Origin: Asterionella formosa | Lineage: Eukaryota | Assembly (NCBI GenBank): GCA_002256025.1 | Contig: NKIB01013902.1 | Location: 1-50,115 of the forward strand | Reading direction: 5' to 3' | DNA: 50,115 bases | Notes under the pieces: generated by a model | The model's input: only the letters and a program-made list of their open reading frames with translations | Databases searched by the model: none | Told to the model about the DNA's origin: nothing | Translations under genes and position numbers: made by a program | Part shown: in pieces, positions 1 through 11,629 of the stretch | Layout: each line of letters starts with the position of its first letter | Numbering within the stretch: position 1 is the stretch's first letter

Positions 1-840
1 AAGAGTTCCTGAAAGTCCTTCTTGCAGGTTGAGCTGGTCAGGTGTAATAGAGGTTCTGTTGCTGTGTGAGATTCAATTCAATGGGACAACACCAAATTTC
101 GTCAGCTGTATTTCAGGATTCAACAAACAATTATAGTTCAAAGGTCCCCAGCCTCGCTCTGCTACCGCTTTTTTGTTTGTGCATAATCTCGCAAATCTTT
201 TTTCCCAAGAAGTGAATTTGCAAGTTGCAGTCGCTCCCTCTTGGCATGTGATGGGCGGACGCATTTTACCCAACTGATCAATGAGCTCCACAATGTAAGG
301 TTCCACTTCAAGCATAGGTGAGATGCGAGCTGTGTTTGTTCCTTGATTGTTTTTTCTTTTTGCACGTGTTCTAACTGTTTCGAAATTAATATTGACAGCA
401 GGAGGAATACCAAGCGCCTCCTTTTCTCTCAATATTATACAGGCAAGTGTATTTCTCTTCACTCGTGATTCTCCTCTTCCTTTTTCTTTTTCCTCTTCTC
501 TCGCCCTCATTTATTCTGCTGCCGAATTGGAAATACATTCTTTCACTTTTTCTGCCATGATGGAGCTGGCTACTGCAGTTGTTCCCTTTGGACGACCACC
601 ATAGTAGGGCAGGGTTGTAGTGGCAGAAATGGTGCTGCTGCTTTCAGTTGATGCAGTAGTAGTGCTGGCAGGAGGCAAACTAGAACTTGCGGACATAATC
701 ATAGTAGTAATGGAAGAATGATAATGATTTTTTCTGCTATAGCTGTAATTTTCTACACCTTACATTGTCAGCATAGATATTTCGCTTTCTTGTGATTCTT
801 CATGCACATCCTCCTCAGCAGGCTGTTTGTCCATGCTGGT
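1..840 (-). pseudogene. Degenerate, internally deleted DNA-transposon (pogo/DDE-like) transposase remnant
   Basis: Fragmented minus-strand frames contain GGRPKGTT, TVRTRAKR...SPMLEVEPYIVELIDQLGKMR and KAVAERGWGPLNYNCLL, which resemble N- and C-terminal parts of diatom transposases. The catalytic core is missing and there are stops and frameshifts. Confidence 0.5.
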
Positions 841-1208
841 AGCTACTGGTGCCACCAGATAACCTCATTTTCCTTAGAAAGTATTTCACTTTCTGTGTAC
901 CGGTAGTCACCCATGGGACAAGTTCTTGTACATCGTGCATACCGGTAGATGGTTGCCCACACACCAATATTTATAGAATACCGGTACCAGGGTAGCTTGT
1001 AGTTTACCTTTGTACACAGTGCTAGTTGACTGCTAGTACACTAGCTTTCACTACGGTCTTAAAAGGTTGCACTGGGGGTTGAATTTTTTGCATGTACCAA
1101 CCACCCTGGTACCAGGTACCCTGGTACCCTGGTACCACCAACCTCAATCTATGCAGCATCGGAATCCGTCATCCGTTTTACACGTTACAAAAAAGTGTTG
1201 AACGCAGC

Positions 1209-1368
1209 GAGTCATTATTACTTAGGTTTTTCCGCACCTAAAATTCCAAGGACTGAAAAGGAAGTTTTACTTTGTCTGTAGTCTTCTACCACCATTTTGT
1301 CTGTAGGAAGGGAAGAAATTCTCAATCATTTCCTGAATTTTAGGTGCGGAATAAACTAAATGACCCTC
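1209..1368. repeat. MITE-like inverted repeat
   Basis: TTCCGCACCTAAAATTC (1230-1246) has a perfect reverse complement at 1335-1351, with looser pairing outward. Confidence 0.6.
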
Positions 1369-1569
1369 AGGGGCAGTTAACTTAACCTAAAATTCCCCAC
1401 CTCCTTGGACCCGGCGGAACTTCAAGGCGTGAAAACTGCCACGGCGATCGTGAATGTGCTGTTCCCATCCATCATATGCATTTATATGTCAAGCTGTAGT
1501 ACAAGCAACCCGTGGAATAAGATGGAGTCTTGCTGTGGTGTACATACACTATCAAACTGGAGCAGCAGT

Positions 1570-1732
1570 GCCAGGTACCGGTAGTCTCTATGTACCCATG
1601 CATCGAAGTTCCGCCTGGTACCCTGGTACCTGGTACAAGAAGTTTACATTTCTTGGTACCAGTACATACTGTGTAGGGTACCAGTGTACCTGGTACCAGG
1701 TACTCGGAGTGCCAGTGGGTACCTGGTACCGG
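1570..1732. repeat. Cluster of TACCWGG/GGTACC palindromic micro-repeats
   Basis: Many runs such as CCTGGTACCCTGGTACCTGGTAC and TACCTGGTACCAGGTAC. Similar clusters lie at about 1105-1137, 2205-2300, 2575-2597 and 2740-2760. Confidence 0.85.
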
Positions 1733-2300
1733 TTATTCAAATGCATCATCATGTAAATCAATACATGTACCGGTGTGTAATCAGCCATGCAGCCATCGAT
1801 AAAATCGCTCAAGAAAGAAATATCTGTAGATTATTTTACATCGTCCCTTGATCAACGAGCACTTATGTCCTGCTAAGGACATTTCCAATTCCGATCGCTC
1901 CTATCCATTACCTTGTTTGTGCTGTACACAGGATATCGTTTAGGACAAGCACCTGGGTGGTCATCTAATTATAAATCACTCTTATAAATGCCATCATCGA
2001 CGTTTTAGTTTTAGCAAATTTGTTACTCGCTCTACGTATCATCCAAAACAAATCTTGTCTCAGAGGGACGGACTTTTCGTTAGTTTATAGACAATTTGCT
2101 TTCCGCGAACATTCCTACATGCAAGTGCAGGTAGGCTTTCGGAGGTCAATGCAATACGTATGCATGCCTTGTTCATTGTCTCATCAATCACTCTGGTACG
2201 AAAACCAGGAGTACTGGCACCAGGTACCTGGTACCATGAAGCGGTAGCTTGCAATACTGGTATTTTGATCCGAGTATTTTGGTACCAGGTACCTGGTACC

Positions 2301-2394
2301 GCAAGTTGCGGTAATTTTGCTTAAACAAAATATTTATTTATTTTTATACCAGATTAAAATGTTTATTTAAGCAAAATGACCGCAACTTGCATGT
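2301..2394. repeat. Short MITE-like hairpin (~90 bp)
   Basis: GCAAGTTGCGGTAATTTTGCTTAAA at 2301 pairs, with one mismatch, with TTTAAGCAAAATGACCGCAACTTGC ending at 2390. The right end continues ATGTA, like a TA-flanked Tc1/mariner terminus. Confidence 0.65.
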
Positions 2395-3173
2395 AGCAGG
2401 TATATAACCTGGTACCACTGTCGTACGCATATCGATGATTATTAAACTTACGTAAGCAAAGTGATCCTGGCAAAATGTCTCCAATCGAAGCGAATAGAAC
2501 ATAATGACTATCAATTAGAACAATGCCCTTTCTATTTATCGATACACAAAACTGTGGTATGATTGACATTGTGTTACCGGTACTGGTACCAGGTACTACG
2601 GTAAGCAAATTTGTTGCGTCACGTCGTAAGTCACTCCGTCGTTGGTAAGTACACCTGTACTGTACAAATTTTGTCGGAGATACAGGTATTTAACATTGAT
2701 TTCGTGAACATTTTTCCACGAATGTTCCTACATGCAATACGGTACCTGGTACCAGGTAGGCAACCTTGCGACGAAAGGAAAAAGCCCTATTAAAAAATAG
2801 ATGCTTCATTCTTGTTGCTCTGTCTCATCACTGTGGAACACTTGCCTTATTGCTTTTGTTCGTACCAGGTAGCAGGGTATCCGGAGTTCTCTAAAGAGTG
2901 CAGTAACGAGAGGACGACACATCTGGCATATCAGCTACCGGTATTATCGATCCCTTGGTACACTGCCTACTGTTTCCAAACGAGTGGCGACAAAAGTGAC
3001 ATTATAGTCAATTGTTGGAGCAAACATCGAATCTACACCGAAACCTCTTTTGAACACCAGGGGACTAGTCGTGATCTCCTCAAGATCTTGGATCTGGCAG
3101 ATAGCTGTGGCTACTAAGCGTCTTCCATATCGTCCGCTTGTCCCGCTGACACAGTCAACGGCTTTCCTCGCTC

Positions 3174-4559
3174 ATGCCTCCCTGTGCGGTGAAGAACAAG
3201 CGGCGCTACTGCCGCATTCCGAATTGCAATAAAATTGTCAAGTCACAAGGGTTATGTCAAGCCCACGGTGCAAAGACTCGCAAATGCAAAGTGGAAACGT
3301 GCAAGAAACAAGCTCAGGGAAACTTTGATGGCATGTGCAAATCGCACTTCAAGTCGTTGAAGAAACAGTTGATTGCCGTGCCACCAAAGGAGTCAGATCT
3401 ACCAAGACCTGCTAGTGTCTCGGTGTACGAAATGATCATTCCTGACTCTCTTGGATGGTGTGGAGAGGGTAAGCTGCCTTTGATCCAGTTTTTGCAAGAA
3501 GGATTTGATGAGCAGCGGCCTCGTGGATGGCATAGAAATGAAGAACGACGTGCTCGTGGACTCAATGAGGTGTTTAATCCGGCAATTCAATTTGAATGCT
3601 GGGAACGGGAGTTGGTGTGGATGGAAATCTGTTTATTGAGTGGAGCGCAACAAGCCTCCTTCCGTCATTTGGCGAGAGCCTGGGGCCGTGACAAGGGTTT
3701 TCATACAGTGCTGGCTCAATTTATCTGCCAACGTCATGGCGATGTGGAGCGGAAGCAGAGAGGCAAGGAAGACAGCATTGTGACCAAGAAGGCGCCCAGG
3801 AAGGCCGTGACCCTCAATCCCGGAGAAGATGAAATTGATGTCGAATGGGACCAGGACGACCTTGAAATGTTCAATGCTATGGAAGGAGACCCGGATCGAA
3901 TGATGATGCAGTGGGACGAGGACCCAACGGTTAACTTTGACTGTACTAAATCTTGCAATCGGCCTCCGTTCAGTGTGAACAGCATTGCAAGCGACTACTG
4001 TAACGATTCCTCAGAATCAGACAATGAATCCTCCAGCAATGACAGAGCGCCCGGGAATGCAATCCCTGACAATCCCGAGAGACTTCTTGGTCCTATTGCC
4101 ACAATTGCAGTTAATTCTCCGCCAGGAGGAGACGCATTTCTGAGCCACGTGCTCCATAACAATATTCTGCCTCCACCGATTGCATTCCCTTTGTATCCGT
4201 CGTTGATGCCTCAATCAATGCAACTCCCATTTCCACAAGTCAATATGACTCATTCTAATTTTGCATCAGAACTACACACAAATGGTTGGCCCCAGACAAA
4301 CCTCACAACATATCCACCATTGTTGAACGAGAACAGCAGTCAGCTCAAAATGATGCAAGGGTCCCACTATTTTTGGAACCAAATGCAACACATACATCCC
4401 CCTGGGGCACAGCAGTTGACTGGGCATGCATCAACACTTTTACCCAATGATCATCAAATGGGACTCTCTACCCTTGCTCCATCAAATTCTCTTCAATATC
4501 ACGCTACCCAGCAAGAGAAACCTACTACAAAGGTGATGGAGCCTCTTGTGCCAGTTTGA
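3174..4559 (+). CDS. WRKY19-like Cys/His repeat (zinc-binding) protein with low-complexity C-terminus, probable transcription regulator
   Basis: Intact 461-aa ORF. N-terminal repeats CRIPNCNKIVKSQGLCQAHG and CKVETCKKQAQGNFDGMCKSH are typical of stramenopile WRKY19-like repeats. Confidence 0.8.
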   Translation: MPPCAVKNKRRYCRIPNCNKIVKSQGLCQAHGAKTRKCKVETCKKQAQGNFDGMCKSHFKSLKKQLIAVPPKESDLPRPASVSVYEMIIPDSLGWCGEGKLPLIQFLQEGFDEQRPRGWHRNEERRARGLNEVFNPAIQFECWERELVWMEICLLSGAQQASFRHLARAWGRDKGFHTVLAQFICQRHGDVERKQRGKEDSIVTKKAPRKAVTLNPGEDEIDVEWDQDDLEMFNAMEGDPDRMMMQWDEDPTVNFDCTKSCNRPPFSVNSIASDYCNDSSESDNESSSNDRAPGNAIPDNPERLLGPIATIAVNSPPGGDAFLSHVLHNNILPPPIAFPLYPSLMPQSMQLPFPQVNMTHSNFASELHTNGWPQTNLTTYPPLLNENSSQLKMMQGSHYFWNQMQHIHPPGAQQLTGHASTLLPNDHQMGLSTLAPSNSLQYHATQQEKPTTKVMEPLVPV

Positions 4560-4999
4560 AGAAATACAACAAAGAATGACTACCAGTAGTAGTACATCAT
4601 TGCCCTTGAAACTACCCACTCGTCCACATTAAGAGCAAACCAAGTGGACATCAGAAGTTATCCCTAAAGTACGTAAAGCAATTATAGAGCACTTTATGGC
4701 ATTTGTAACTATGATGAAGGGAGATACATAGAGAGTGACATCCACTATGTTTTGAATCCAATGTGTGTCTGGTTACCCTTTTCCATTGGGAGATGAAAAG
4801 TTTGTTACCAGGAAAGGTGTACCATGCCAGGTACCTAATACTGCATTTGCTATCCACTCCAAAACCTACCAGTATCCTGATAATTTTCTAGACATAGACA
4901 AAGTAACATGCTATAGTTCGGATTATTCTGGAGGAAATTGAGTGATTACCATTATAAGATACTGGTGCTACCAGCACTTAAAATATGAATCATGTGATC

Positions 5000-6550
5000 A
5001 ACAACAATCAACAGTCAATGTGATGGAGAGTTGCTTGGTCTGAATGCTCCCAACAATGGGTGCTCATGTGAGCACCATGAATGTTGTAGAAAAGGTGTTG
5101 AACAACAGCCATGGGCCAGAGGGAAGCATCAACAGTTTCTGGCCATCATAGGGAGGAATGGAGCATTGTCATCTCATTTCTCTAGCCATGTTTGAGACTG
5201 TATGAATGCTACATTCAGCAGTACCATTTTGATGGTGATCTCCAACCCCACAATATTTCACAATTTGACCTTTGGCAGTTATTTCACTGGTAAATTCGTG
5301 AGCACCAAAAATGCCATTATCAGTAGTATATTTTTGAACTAAGGCACCTTGATTGTATGCCCAATTTTCGAAATGCATTTTCGAATGAATGGCCTCTTCT
5401 GAAGTAAAACTGATTTGGTGATGGACTTAAAGTATTCCAGATGCATTGTCAACAAAAATACAACCGCCTTTGTAAGTTGAGGCAAGTTGTGATTTACCTC
5501 GTGAGGTGCATAGACGACCTGGCTCCTTCGATTCAAAATGATCCACTGAGACACCTGAACCTGGGAATAAATCATCAAATTTTGTAGCTCCCTTGGCTCC
5601 CTCTCAGATGAAAATATAGAGAGTGTAGATTCAAGAGGACGACGATGGGCTTTGCCATATTCACAAGCTGTGCATTTGGGTGGAGTGCAATGGGCAGCAG
5701 CACGGACCTTATGACTGTTGTTGCCAAAAGAAGGTTGACAAAGAAGCCATTGAATAATATTAGAATTAAGATGGCCAAGATGAAAATTCCAATGAAGATA
5801 TTCCTTTTGAGCCTCCTCTGTTAGATATTGGTTTACCTCCTCTGTGACACAAAAGATAACTTGAGGGGAAGACACGCCATGATGTAGGAGGATAGCTTTG
5901 CTGGTTAGTAGCCCATTCATCAAGAGGTCCCAGCTAGTCCCACTAGGCTTGGTCCCAAAATCTTTGCAGAGAGCTTTAAGTTCATCAGCAAGGGCTTGAA
6001 AAGCAGAAGGAAATACTGTCGCCTGGAATACATCTGGTAGGGAATCTGACTGCTTCTTGGGATCAGTTTGGGAAGGTGGCTATCGTCCATTGTCCTTGAG
6101 ACATTTGTACTGTGTGAGGGCCATATCAAGGAGTGCCTTCTTGACTCCACTTGGTGTAGCCTGGATTTTGACAAGGGCAGCATTATCTTCACCCATGAGA
6201 CCCCGTTCTTGTTCAGTATCAATCTTGACAGAGATTGCATAGAATACAGCACGACATTCCTCAACTTGACAGAGTAGGAGCTTGGTAGTAACAATGCTAG
6301 AGGCAGTGATAGGAAGACACTGTCCACTCTTTAGTAGGTTAAATGAACCTTGAATATCATGGACCATGAGATGAACATTTTCGCTGGGGTGATAATCAGA
6401 AAGTTGGATCTTATTATAAATTTCCATGATGCTACTATAATCCATTGCCTGAGGGGAACCAGAGGTGACTTCATCCATTCAGGCCATTCAGAGGAGGAGA
6501 CCTGGACCACGATTCCCATAATCTTCAAGACATTCAAGGAGACCTGTTAG
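5000..6550 (-). mobile_element. Degenerate Ty1/Copia (CoDi-like) LTR retrotransposon fragment: gag, GAG-pre-integrase and integrase
   Basis: gag-like YKCLKDNGR*PP; pre-integrase QKEYLHWNFHLGH...PPKCTACEYGKAHRRP; integrase YTTDNGIF...CGVGDHHQNGTAE and LWPMAV. Multiple frameshifts and stops; no RT. Confidence 0.85.
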
Positions 6551-6559
6551 GAGGTTTTG

Positions 6560-9500
6560 GGACGGAATTCGGATTGGAAAAGGAAGGCTTGACAAAAACT
6601 GTCTATAGTGCACGTGTGGAGGATGCATGGACAGCCTTGCACGTCATAGTACAGGATAAAGCGAAAGAAGTTCGACAGGAGTTTTTGGAGGACAAATATC
6701 AAGAGGCCATGGTGAAAAGAGACAAGCCAAAGGCCGCAATCATCAAACTGATCAAAGAGGCAGAATACATGAACCGCTTGTGTCCACGCCTTCGTAAATA
6801 CTCTAAACAGGAAATTCCATCAGGCAGAAGTCATATTGAAATACCAGTTTATGACAAACAGGGGGAAATTTCCGAATTTCGGTCAGTGACAGAACCTTCT
6901 GAAAATTTTTCACATCTAATACGGAGAAACAGCGACCATTTCTTCCAAGCCAAGAGCAGTCCTTTTGTTGAAGGTATATTTGGTCAGGATCTGCCGCCAT
7001 TTCAACAAAATGACTTTTCCTAATCAATCTTAAAAGGTACCATCAACCTAGAACATTATGACGTAAATGAGGCAATTAAATCATGCATATCTGAAATGAG
7101 GTATGCGGAAGGCGGAAGGCGGAAATGGGGAGAACCCTTTTCCCTCAGCAATAAAAGTGACCGAATTTAAACAAGGGTTTTGCAGAATAGCTGAGAAAGC
7201 TTCATCGTCACCGAGTAGGAGACATATTGGGCATTATAAGGCATCCTGAAAGGCGAGGTAATATGCATGGTTTATTCCACACTGATGGCATTACAATTTG
7301 AGTACGGTTTTGCCTTGAACTGATGGTCAAATGCGCTAGGAATCATGCTAGAAAAGATTAAGAGGATACCAAGAATTGAAAAGTTGAGAGTTTTTCAATT
7401 GATGGAAGCCGACCTGAATATGATGATTAGAATCATCTTTGGCCGCCAATTACTGCACAGGGCAGAGGGCAAGGGATCCTTGAGCAGTCTGCAATGGGGA
7501 TCACGACCCAACAAATCATCTGCAGATGCTATTTTAATAAAACGACTGACTTATGATGGTATCAGAATTTGCAAACAGGTGGCAGTTATTTTCAACAATG
7601 ATGGGAAAGCTGCTTTCGACAGAATAGTACCTTCAGTGGGAGGTATTGCTCTTCGGCAAATAGGGGCTTCTCACAATGCAATAACAACACTTCTGCAAAC
7701 ACTGGAAAAGATGAACAACAGGATTTGTACCTCCTTGGGAACCTCAGAGATGGATTCTTACTCTAACATACAAAATTGGGTTTTAGGGACGACTCTTCAA
7801 GGATCTCTTTCCAAAAAATCGAGGGGGATAACTTTTCAGAATCCAAGGGGGACACAGACTCTAACTAGGGCTGCCGAAACGCCGTATGTGGACGACACTG
7901 AACTATTCTTGGCCTTGGACCATGGGGTGCTTACAGAACTCATTTCAGAAATGCAAGAAAATGCTCAATATTGGGAGAAATTGCTATATACAACTGGAGG
8001 AGCTTTAGCCCTGGAAAAATGCTTTTTCGTGGCAATGGATTGGGAAATTGCAAATGACGAAATGGTACTTAAACAGGCACATAGTGAGGATCTAAAGATA
8101 CAATTGAAGACAGGTCACGATTACACTAACTTTGAAACCATTCCACAGAAACCGGCAAGCAATGGAACTCGCAATCTAGGAGCTCGCCTTGCATCATATG
8201 GAAATAACAAGGATGAGATTGATCACTTAATTCACAGAGGTAAAACCTACAGTCAAAACATAGCAGCATCCGGACTGAAGCGAAACAAGGTCATGATTGC
8301 ATATAGGACCATGATCCGACCTGCCATGAAATATCCATCATGTGGGTCAAACCTAACTCGGAATGAATGTGTAACAATAGATAGATCATATTTCCCAGCA
8401 ATTCTCTCGCGAATGGGTTTCAATTCACAAACAAAACAGGTGTTATTTTTTTGTCCCCCGTCAATGGGTGCATATGGCTTTGCTGACTCATACACACACC
8501 AGGGGATCATACAGCTTCAAAAGTTCATCAGTCAGCCCATCTACGCCATCAAGATGAGATAGGATCATTGATTAATATCCTCTTGGAAAATCTGATGTTG
8601 ACGCTTGGTACTGGCAAGGAACTGTTTCATCAACGTCCACCATAATATATAAAATATGTTGAGAAAACATGGGTCACTTTGGTAGGGGAATTCCTGCATC
8701 TTATTAAGGGACAAATTCATGTTGAGAACACGTGGACTTTAGAAATCCAGCGACAAAACGATAGATGCCTTATGGATCTGTGGATTATGCTGCGGACATG
8801 GAAATTCTCGCCAAAGGAGCTAAAACGACTTCATGCGTGCTGTATGTTTTGGTGGGTGGTGACAGTCGCAGACATCCTCACCGAGGGAACAGAAAAATAC
8901 ATTACGCCGAACATGCTGAAGGGATTGCGTCATCAGGACAGAAGCAGTAGATATCAGTGGCCTCATCAACCCCGCCCCAGCCACGTAGATGGCATGGCGC
9001 CTATGGCGAAAAGCTCTCCATATTACTTACATTACTATGTTCGGCATCGAATGGGAAATCACGTACACCATTAGGACAGTAGCTATACCCACCCCTTCAT
9101 CAGAAGTGGACATAATTTTTGGATACTCAAAAAAGACGTCTGATGGAGATTACAGAGAGTGGGTTATACAAGGTTCATCAACCTTCGCACACTCTCCACA
9201 CATTCTGCACGTCTTTCACGAAACCTAAACATTTGCTACCTACAACACTGTCGGCAAAATCGGGTGATATTATTGAGATCTCCGGTGCTTAATCTTCTCA
9301 GTATCATCACTAAATAAATAAATCAAAGTTGGTACAATCAAAGAACGGATCAATCGACGGTTACATAAGATCAATGTATCACATGCTGAGGGAGGCTCTA
9401 GGAGAATATTGTTTTCCACAGGATACATCATTATTTCGTACACATTTACTACAAGGGAAAGTGGCTATGGCTTCCGATGGATCTCTTCTCAATCAGTCAT

Positions 9501-10900
9501 GTGCTTCTCATGGATGGAAATTACATAGCAGAGTAAGCAAGGCACAAGCAAGCGGACACGGCTTTGTATCCTCTGGGGGAGGCCTAAAAATGTCGTCGCT
9601 ACGCCCTGAAGCAGGAGGCTTCTTGGAAGCAATGGTGGCGATGGATGTGCTTTTATCCACGAGCCCAAGGTCTGGGGAATATATGGAAAGACCAGAACGG
9701 ACGCGGGTGTCAGTCTACATTGACAACAAAGATTTCTCATCAAGACGACATGATGGAATATAGTGATTTACCATGGGAAGCCAAGTTGAATGTGGACTGT
9801 GATGCCCTTGCTGCATCAGTCCGAACCTGTAACAAGTGCAACAGTAACAAAAGAATTAATTATCGACTCCCTCCAGGTCATCTGGCGACCTTACTACTAC
9901 TCAAGCAGACATGGGTTACGAGTCATCTACCCACAGATCAGCCATTAAAGAAGCGTCATATAGAACTGAACTAGTGGAATATATCATGAAATGTGCTGGA
10001 TGGGATTCTTCAAAAAGTTTGATATGGTGGACTGGGAAGCCAGAGCTCGCGCAGGCAAGACGATCAAGGGTGAACAACCGACCACAATTTTCTAACTTGA
10101 ATTTGATTTATTTGTGACAATGAAGAGACAACGACAAAAAATTTGAGAAATTGAACAACGATGGCAGATGCCCACAGTGTGGAAAATTTAACGCCCAAGA
10201 TTTCAACCATATTGTCAGATGACCACACAATAATCAAGACAGAATCAAGATTTGGACAAAATTGATGGCTGCACCACTTCGAGAAGTCTCTACTTGTCCC
10301 TAAGTGAATAACACCTTCGATAAAGGACTTCAAAAATGGTTAGCAACGAGGACTGTACGGTAGGAAGGTAAAATTTCGAACAGAGATGATGAGATTGGAC
10401 AGGCCGCATTCCAAGCCTCCTTGAATCAACAAGCCATCAGATGGCTGGAATCAAGAAATCGGGGGAAGGATTAGTAGTCGTCAATGGGGAATCGCAAAGT
10501 CGCTGTACTGTAAAAGTTGAGGATAAACAGAGGAGGTGTCTTGGGCGGAACATTGGACAGCAAACCTGGTGACTACATTGCGGCAATATGGGCTTGAGTG
10601 CTGGAGGGAAAGTAATCAGTTTTTGTATGGCAACACAGAAGAATAGCAAGAAACATTTTTACGCCTGTACCTGGATAGTTTGATTACATATCTATATGAT
10701 ATGAAACAGATGATGAATCCAAGTGATTCGGCATTGTTTCTACTCCCAAGACTAATTTGACAGAAACATCATATATTGGGACCAAAAACTACTATGGGTG
10801 ACAGCAGTTAATATCTCAATTCAGAGTCGGCAGAAAGAAGGGGGGATTACACTGGGAGAAGGAGCTTGGCTCCAACTTCGTCTGCAAATAAAACCTATCA
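6560..10900 (+). mobile_element. 5'-truncated, degenerate non-LTR retrotransposon (diatom Ambal-like LINE) with RT and RNase H
   Basis: RT motifs KLRVFQLMEADLN, QWGSRP, NDGKAAFDRI, LQGS and YVDD (7345-8562). RNase H-like ASDGS...SSLRPEAGG...YIDN (9329-9763) and LNVDCDALA. Many frameshifts. Confidence 0.9.
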
Positions 10901-11629
10901 TATTTCCATGATGCATCATAGGATTGTGATCATCTGATCATAATTTTTCGTTCTATCATCTAATAATTTTGATAAATGCCCTTGTGATTTAAATAGTAAC
11001 CCTTTTGACTACATATTTATTTTTTATACCTATTGTTTCTATTAGATTCCTGCATTCGAATTTTTGGTAGGATAATGTACCAGTTTAAAGAATGTAATTT
11101 GGCTCGTCAATTCCATCCGTCATCACTCTGATTTTTGCAACAACAACGAAATACTAGCGATGACAAGTGGTATGATTGTTTGCGATAATGACGTCTTCAA
11201 TTGTTGGTCATGTGATCATTATATCTTTGAGTAATCGTCATGTGCAGTCAGCCTTTGTTCATAATCATTCAATTAAGAGTTTACAGAGAAGAAATCATTC
11301 AAACTCGTAATGGTTCCGCACACAGCGCATATTGTGAATCTGTTTCGTCGATTTCAGCATTACAATCTCGCCAATCAACCCATAAACAAACACTTTCTAC
11401 TTGTTCTCGATGAAATTTTCAACTCTCACATGATACTACATCTACTATTGAGATTCAGCATAGAAGGAGACACAAAAATGTAACAGACTACTGTCCAAGT
11501 AGCTATAGGAATAGAATGATTCTGATTACAATTTCTTTTTCATGTCGCTCGTTTCTGTATGTGGCATGCTGTACTTGTATTTACTATTTAACTTGTCCGA
11601 ATCTTTGATACCATCAAGAGAGCGAAAGC

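Noticed and set aside
1454..2608. ORFs rich in VPGT/YQV/WY peptides (also 44693-45162 and 21434-21825)
   Set aside because: They are translations of the TACCWGG micro-repeat, not plausible proteins.
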